A DNA stretch of 64,000 nt, taken from positions 1 through 64,000 of IMG/VR virus record IMGVR_UViG_3300044825_002608. One strand, written 5' to 3'. Below, in pieces: positions 58,613-64,000 of the stretch. The notes below the pieces were generated by a model, which had not been told where the DNA came from, did no database searches, and saw only the letters and a program-made list of their open reading frames with translations. Origin of the DNA: a virus. How positions within the stretch are numbered: position 1 is the first letter of the stretch; every line of letters begins with the position of its first letter. Both the position numbers and the translations under genes were made by a program.

Positions 58613-61009
58613 ATGGCAATTAAGATTTCTAATTCTACTATTATTGATGATAGTAGAAATATTGTTAATGCAGGTATTGCAACATTAACCTCAGTAAGCA
58701 TCGGTAATACTCAGGTTATTAGTTCTGAAAGACAACTGCAAAATATTTCTTCTCTTGATGCTGTAACCACAGCAACAATTGAAAGTGCCATCGCAAATGC
58801 TCCTAACACTTTTAGTGATCTCAATGTAACTGGAGTTAGTACTCTTGGAATTACTAGTGCAACAAGTTTAAGATCACAACAACTTAATGTTTCTGGCATT
58901 ACAACTCTTGGTATAGTTACTTCTGGTAATATATTCTCTACTGGTATTATAACTGCCACTACTTTTGCAGGGAATTTAACTGGCAATGTAACTGGAAACT
59001 TAAACTCTTCAGGTGTTAATACTGCAACAACATTAAGTGGTACTACTGCTACTTATACAACAGGTAACTTTACAACTGGAAACATAGTTACTGGTGTTGT
59101 AACTACTTTAAGTGGAACTAATTTAAATTACAGTGGTATAGGTACTATCACAACACTGAATAGTACTAATGCTACCTTAACAAATATTAATTCTTCTGGC
59201 ATTTCAACATTAGGAATTACTAGTGCAACAAGTTTAATATCACAACAACTTAGTGTTTCTGGACTCACCACGACAGCATCATTTAATGTAGGAACTGGTG
59301 GAACTATTATTACCACAACTTCCGATGGTAGAATTGGTATAGGAACCACAAATCCAACGGCAAAAGTTTATATAGAAGGTGATACTTACATTGCAGGAAT
59401 TTTAACTGCAAATAGAATTTTCAGCAATGTTTATGGTGAATTTACTGGAGGTGGAATTAGTGGAACTAATATAGTTGGAACTGCATTAAGTATTTCTGGA
59501 ATTTCTACATTCACAAGTGGTCCAGTTCGTATAGGGACTGCATCATCTACTGGAACTGCAAACCAAGCACTTCAAATTGGAACAGCAACATCTCAATTGG
59601 GTGCTTATATTTCTGGTAATCTTGGAATTGGAACCACAAATCCAACAGCAGAATTACAAGTAGTCGGAAATACTTTAATACAACCAACAACAGCATTTAC
59701 TGTTCGAGGTGATACCAACATTAATAATACTTTACCAACAAAAGTTTCTTATGCTTCATCATTTAGTGTAGCATCCCAAGAAACTGAACCAAGAGACGTT
59801 TTCTTCTCTAATGATGGTAAGACTATGTATGTATTAGGTAATATTGGAAATGATATTACCTACTACACTTTGAGTACTCCTTGGTCTATTACATCAGCAT
59901 CTCATGTAAGTCAATTTAGTGTTAATGGCCAATTAACTAATCCATTAGGTTTTTATTTTAAACCTGATGGAACTAAATTTTATGTTGTAGGAACTACTGG
60001 AGTTGGTGCTGCTGCCACATCAGTCAATCAATACACTTGCTCTACTCCTTGGGACTTAACTACTGCTTCATATGATTCAGTTGCTTATAGTGTCATAGCA
60101 CAAGATACAGTTCCACAGGCGGTTGAATTCAAACCTGATGGAACCAGAATGTATATTGTTGGTTCTACTAATGATAGGGTCTATCAATATTCATTATCAA
60201 CTCCTTGGAACCTATTAACAGTATCTTATGGTTCTTCATTTAGTGTAACAAGTCAAGAAACAACAGCAGAAGGAATAAGATTTAGTCTTGATGGAACTAA
60301 ATTGTTACTTACTGGTTCCACTGGTGATGACGTAAATTATTATACCTTATCTACTCCTTGGGACATTACAACTACTTCTTTTGTTGGTATTATTACTACT
60401 GTTGAGGAACCTCCCTTTAATGAAAAATCACCATCAGGACTTTATTGGAAACCTGATGGAACTAAGTTATATCTAAGTGGTTATACAAACGATGCCATAT
60501 ATGAATTCAACATGACTTCTGATGCTGATTTAGAAGTTACAGGTAAAACAAGTCTTTATGGTAACTTAGATGTTTATGAGAATACTACTGCTTATGGTGA
60601 ATTAAGTGCTTATGAGAATGCTTATTTTTATAATAGAATTGGAATAGGAACCACAAATCCTTCACAAAAATTAGACGTTGTAGGAAATATAAATGCATCA
60701 GGAAATATAAATGCATCAGGAACAGTTACAGCAAACTCAGACCGAAGATTAAAAGAAAATATAAAAACTATTCCAGATGCACTTTCAAAAGTCTTATCGT
60801 TAAGAGGTGTAGAGTACGATAAGATTGATAATGGAGACCATCAAATTGGTGTCATTGCACAAGAAGTTGAAGCAATTATACCAGAAGTTGTCTATGGTGA
60901 AGACATTAAATCAGTTGCTTATGCTAACTTAGTTGGACTCTTAATTGAAGCAATTAAGGAACAAAATCAAAGAATTGATGAGTTAGAAAGAAGATTAGGA
61001 GAACAATAA
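58613..61009 (+). CDS. tail fibre protein with beta-propeller-like repeats and S74 chaperone
   Basis: FKPDGT..Y / LSTPW repeats; SDRRLKENI...GVIAQEVE...VAYANLVGLLIEAIKE. Confidence 0.85.
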   Translation: MAIKISNSTIIDDSRNIVNAGIATLTSVSIGNTQVISSERQLQNISSLDAVTTATIESAIANAPNTFSDLNVTGVSTLGITSATSLRSQQLNVSGITTLGIVTSGNIFSTGIITATTFAGNLTGNVTGNLNSSGVNTATTLSGTTATYTTGNFTTGNIVTGVVTTLSGTNLNYSGIGTITTLNSTNATLTNINSSGISTLGITSATSLISQQLSVSGLTTTASFNVGTGGTIITTTSDGRIGIGTTNPTAKVYIEGDTYIAGILTANRIFSNVYGEFTGGGISGTNIVGTALSISGISTFTSGPVRIGTASSTGTANQALQIGTATSQLGAYISGNLGIGTTNPTAELQVVGNTLIQPTTAFTVRGDTNINNTLPTKVSYASSFSVASQETEPRDVFFSNDGKTMYVLGNIGNDITYYTLSTPWSITSASHVSQFSVNGQLTNPLGFYFKPDGTKFYVVGTTGVGAAATSVNQYTCSTPWDLTTASYDSVAYSVIAQDTVPQAVEFKPDGTRMYIVGSTNDRVYQYSLSTPWNLLTVSYGSSFSVTSQETTAEGIRFSLDGTKLLLTGSTGDDVNYYTLSTPWDITTTSFVGIITTVEEPPFNEKSPSGLYWKPDGTKLYLSGYTNDAIYEFNMTSDADLEVTGKTSLYGNLDVYENTTAYGELSAYENAYFYNRIGIGTTNPSQKLDVVGNINASGNINASGTVTANSDRRLKENIKTIPDALSKVLSLRGVEYDKIDNGDHQIGVIAQEVEAIIPEVVYGEDIKSVAYANLVGLLIEAIKEQNQRIDELERRLGEQ

Positions 61010-61010
61010 G

Positions 61011-63734
61011 ATGCCTGTACAGATTGGTTCTAATCAAATTACTGGAATTACAACAACATCAAACTCAACTGATGCTGCAAGTAAACAGTATGTTGATAAT
61101 TACTTTCAATCACAAGCACCAAATCCTGATACTTCACAAAATAAGTTTCTAGTAACTGATGGTTCTACAACTTCTTGGGCAGCAATTGATGGATATAATG
61201 AATACACAGCAGCAGGGAATTATACTTTTAATGTTCCAAGTACTGCAAGTGAGTTTCTAATTGAAGCAACAGGTGCAGGAGGTGGTGGAGGTTCTGCAAC
61301 AACCGATGGAACTTCTTATCAACCTGCAAGTGCTTGGAGACAAAGAACTTCTGGGTTTGGTGGAACTCAAATATGGACTTTTACTTATGCAAACAATCTT
61401 TATGTTGCTGGTGGTCTTAATGGAGTTTTAACAACATCAACAGATGCAATCACTTGGACTCAAAGAACTTCTGGATTTGGTTCAAGTATTATAACAATAC
61501 TTACTTATGCAAACAATACTTATGTTGCTGGTGGCACTGGTGGAATATTAAACATATCAACAGATGCAATTAATTGGACTTTAAGAACTTCTGGATTTGG
61601 TACTACTTCAATATTAACAATTGCTTATGGTACAACACCAATTGCAACATATGTTTCTGGTGGTAATGGTGGAACATTATTTACATCAACAGATACAATC
61701 ACTTGGACACAAAGAACACCTGGATTTGGTTCAAGTGTAGTTTATGGAATAATATATGCAAACAATACTTATGTTGCTGGTGGTACTGGTGGTGTTTTAA
61801 ATACTTCAACAGATGCAATCACCTGGACTTTAAGAACTTCTGGATTTGGTACAAGTGGTATATTTTCTCTTACTTATGGAACATCACCAATCACAACTTA
61901 TGTTGCTGGGGGAAGTGTTGGAATTTTAAATACCTCAACGGATGCAATCACTTGGACTTTAAGAACTTCTGGATTTGGTACAAGACCTATAAATCAACAA
62001 GCACTTGCTTTTGGAAACAATCTTTATCTTGCTGGTGGTACTGGTGGTGTTTTAAATACTTCAACAGATGCAATCACTTGGGAATTAAGAACTTCTGGAT
62101 TTGGTTCAAGTCAAATAATTGGCATCTCCTATGCAAGTAACCTTTATCTTGCTGGAGGAGATAATGGTGTTCTCACAACATCACCAACAACAGTATCAGG
62201 ATTCTCAGGTGCAGGAGGTGGTGGTGGAGCATCAGCATCCTGGAAGATTTCAAGAGCATACATTACTGGTTCTACAATCAATCTAAGTGTTGGTGCTGGT
62301 GGTACTGCAAACACAGCAGGAGCAGCAACCACAATATCTTGGACTGGACCATCAGGGACTTATACCTTAACTGCAAATGGTGGAGGTGCTGGAAGTAGCA
62401 CAAGTACCTTTGGTTTTCCTGCTGGTGGTTCTGGTGGAACATTACCAGCAGCAAATACAAACTATCTTTCAGCATCTTCTGGAACTAATGGTGGTTCTGG
62501 AAGTGTTTTTGAACCAATTGTTGGTGCTGCAACAAACTCAACAATATCAAGTCAAACAACAGGTGGTGGTGGTGGAAGAGTGAGTGAAGGAACAGGAAAT
62601 GTTGGTGGTTCTGGTGGTACAATCAACTATTATGGGCAGACTTATACCAATAACTTTGCAGCAGTAAATGCGTTAAATTCTCAAAGTATTGCTGGACTTT
62701 CTTATGGTGCTGGTGGTGCTGGTGGTGGTGTTCAAAGTTCTGGTGCTGTTGTTTGGACTTTAAGAACTTCTGGATTTGGAACAACTACTCCTTATTTACT
62801 TACGTATGGGTCTCATAATTCCACCTATGTTGCTGCTGGTGATGTAGGAGTTCTAAACACTTCAACAGACGCAATCACTTGGACACAGAGAACATCAGGA
62901 TTTGGTATTAATCTAAGAAGTTTATTTTATTCAAATAATTTATATCTTGTTGGAGGTAATAATGGTGCATTAGGAACTTCAACAGATGGAATTACTTGGA
63001 CTGCAAGAACTTCTGGTGGAGGAGTTACCAGTATAAGGTCATTTACATACGGAAATAATCTTTATCTTCTTTCAGGAGGAGATTTAGATCCTGAATCTTC
63101 ATTATTATCGACTTCAACAGATGGAATTACTTGGACTTTAAGAACTTCTGGTTTTGGTACAAGTATTATTTGGACACTTGAATTTGGAAATAATATTTAT
63201 ATTGTTGGTGGATACGGTGGAACTCTATCCACTTCAACAGATGCAATTACTTGGACACAAAGAACTTCTGGGTTTGGTATTAATGATATCAGAGCATTTC
63301 TTTTTGCAAATAATCTTTATGTTGCTGGTGGCACTGCTGGAACTTTAACAGTTTCTACTGATGCAATTAACTGGACTCAAAGAACTTCTGGATTTGGTTC
63401 AACGCAAATTAATAATCTCAATTTTGGTAATACAAATTATATTTGTATTGGTAATACTGGAAGATTAACAACTTCAACAGATGCAATCACTTGGACACTA
63501 AGAACTTCTGGTTTACCATTCACTTTAACTTCATCTACTTTTGCGAACAATACTTTTGTTGTTTGTGGTTCTGGTGCAGTTATTCACACCTCACCAGACT
63601 CAGCACTCATAGGTTCAGGAGCATCAGGAGTCAAAGGTGGTGGAGGCGGTGGCGGTGCATTTGATACCACAACACTTGCAACAGGTACTGGTGGTACTGG
63701 TGGTGATGGTTATGTTCGTATCAGTTGGTGGTAA
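61011..63734 (+). CDS. glycine-rich virion/tail protein with two blocks of 7 WTxRTSGFG repeats
   Basis: DAASKQYVD N-terminal motif, poly-Gly segments, STDAITWTLRTSGFG repeats, C-terminal GGDGYVRISWW. Confidence 0.75.
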   Translation: MPVQIGSNQITGITTTSNSTDAASKQYVDNYFQSQAPNPDTSQNKFLVTDGSTTSWAAIDGYNEYTAAGNYTFNVPSTASEFLIEATGAGGGGGSATTDGTSYQPASAWRQRTSGFGGTQIWTFTYANNLYVAGGLNGVLTTSTDAITWTQRTSGFGSSIITILTYANNTYVAGGTGGILNISTDAINWTLRTSGFGTTSILTIAYGTTPIATYVSGGNGGTLFTSTDTITWTQRTPGFGSSVVYGIIYANNTYVAGGTGGVLNTSTDAITWTLRTSGFGTSGIFSLTYGTSPITTYVAGGSVGILNTSTDAITWTLRTSGFGTRPINQQALAFGNNLYLAGGTGGVLNTSTDAITWELRTSGFGSSQIIGISYASNLYLAGGDNGVLTTSPTTVSGFSGAGGGGGASASWKISRAYITGSTINLSVGAGGTANTAGAATTISWTGPSGTYTLTANGGGAGSSTSTFGFPAGGSGGTLPAANTNYLSASSGTNGGSGSVFEPIVGAATNSTISSQTTGGGGGRVSEGTGNVGGSGGTINYYGQTYTNNFAAVNALNSQSIAGLSYGAGGAGGGVQSSGAVVWTLRTSGFGTTTPYLLTYGSHNSTYVAAGDVGVLNTSTDAITWTQRTSGFGINLRSLFYSNNLYLVGGNNGALGTSTDGITWTARTSGGGVTSIRSFTYGNNLYLLSGGDLDPESSLLSTSTDGITWTLRTSGFGTSIIWTLEFGNNIYIVGGYGGTLSTSTDAITWTQRTSGFGINDIRAFLFANNLYVAGGTAGTLTVSTDAINWTQRTSGFGSTQINNLNFGNTNYICIGNTGRLTTSTDAITWTLRTSGLPFTLTSSTFANNTFVVCGSGAVIHTSPDSALIGSGASGVKGGGGGGGAFDTTTLATGTGGTGGDGYVRISWW

Positions 63735-63746
63735 GGAGGAACTCAA

Positions 63747-64000
63747 ATGTCACAAGCAACAGGTAATTCAATCACAGGGATTTCAACAGTTGTTTCCAAT
63801 ACTGATGTAGTCAATAAGTCTTATGCAGAGAGTGGTATTGGAACACTACCATCACAGACTGGTAATGCTGGAAAGGTCTTAACCACAACTGATGGAACCA
63901 CAGCATCTTGGGATTATGTTTCCAACTATCAGGAGTTTACAAGTACCACACCACAGTCTTTTACAGTACCAAATCAAGCAAATCTTTTATACATTGAAGC
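63747..64000 (+). CDS. paralog of the preceding glycine-rich protein (partial, runs off the window)
   Basis: AGGAGG RBS; MSQATGNSITGIST..DVVNKSY..FTVP aligns with the N-terminus of 61011-63734. Confidence 0.7.
   Translation, partial: MSQATGNSITGISTVVSNTDVVNKSYAESGIGTLPSQTGNAGKVLTTTDGTTASWDYVSNYQEFTSTTPQSFTVPNQANLLYIE

Noticed and set aside
55526-64000. Diversity-generating retroelement acting on the tail fibres
   Set aside because: No reverse transcriptase in the window, and differences between the duplicated blocks are not adenine-specific.

Overview
AT-rich segment of a T4-like cyanomyovirus genome, probably a freshwater Synechococcus/Cyanobium-type phage. Nearly all genes are on the + strand. 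In order: (1) replication core (DUF4338/DruA-like gene, gp62, regA, hsp20, gp43, uvsX, 2OG-Fe(II) oxygenase, gp41, mazG, gp61, nrdAB); (2) late-promoter-driven, low-complexity proteins that look like internal virion proteins; (3) a peptidase/nuclease/RlpA block; (4) a tRNA-rich region with an SLH-porin-like gene, an HNH inserted at tRNA-Val, dps, talC and gnd (8 tRNAs in the window overall); (5) a ~15 kb glycan-biosynthesis island (gmd, fcl, methyltransferases, GT11/GT6/GT25 and other glycosyltransferases) preceded by a manA/wcaG-like RNA and containing a nucleotidyltransferase-cupin-RuBisCO-like protein-phosphodiesterase cassette; (6) a photosynthesis module (two hli genes, psbA split by two group I introns, an EndoVII/F-CphI-like homing nuclease, a LOG-family gene, psbD); (7) repeat-rich tail-fibre genes. 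The strongest candidate for an undescribed system is the phage-encoded Form IV RuBisCO-like protein inside the sugar pathway. All family assignments come from motif recognition by eye, not from database searches.
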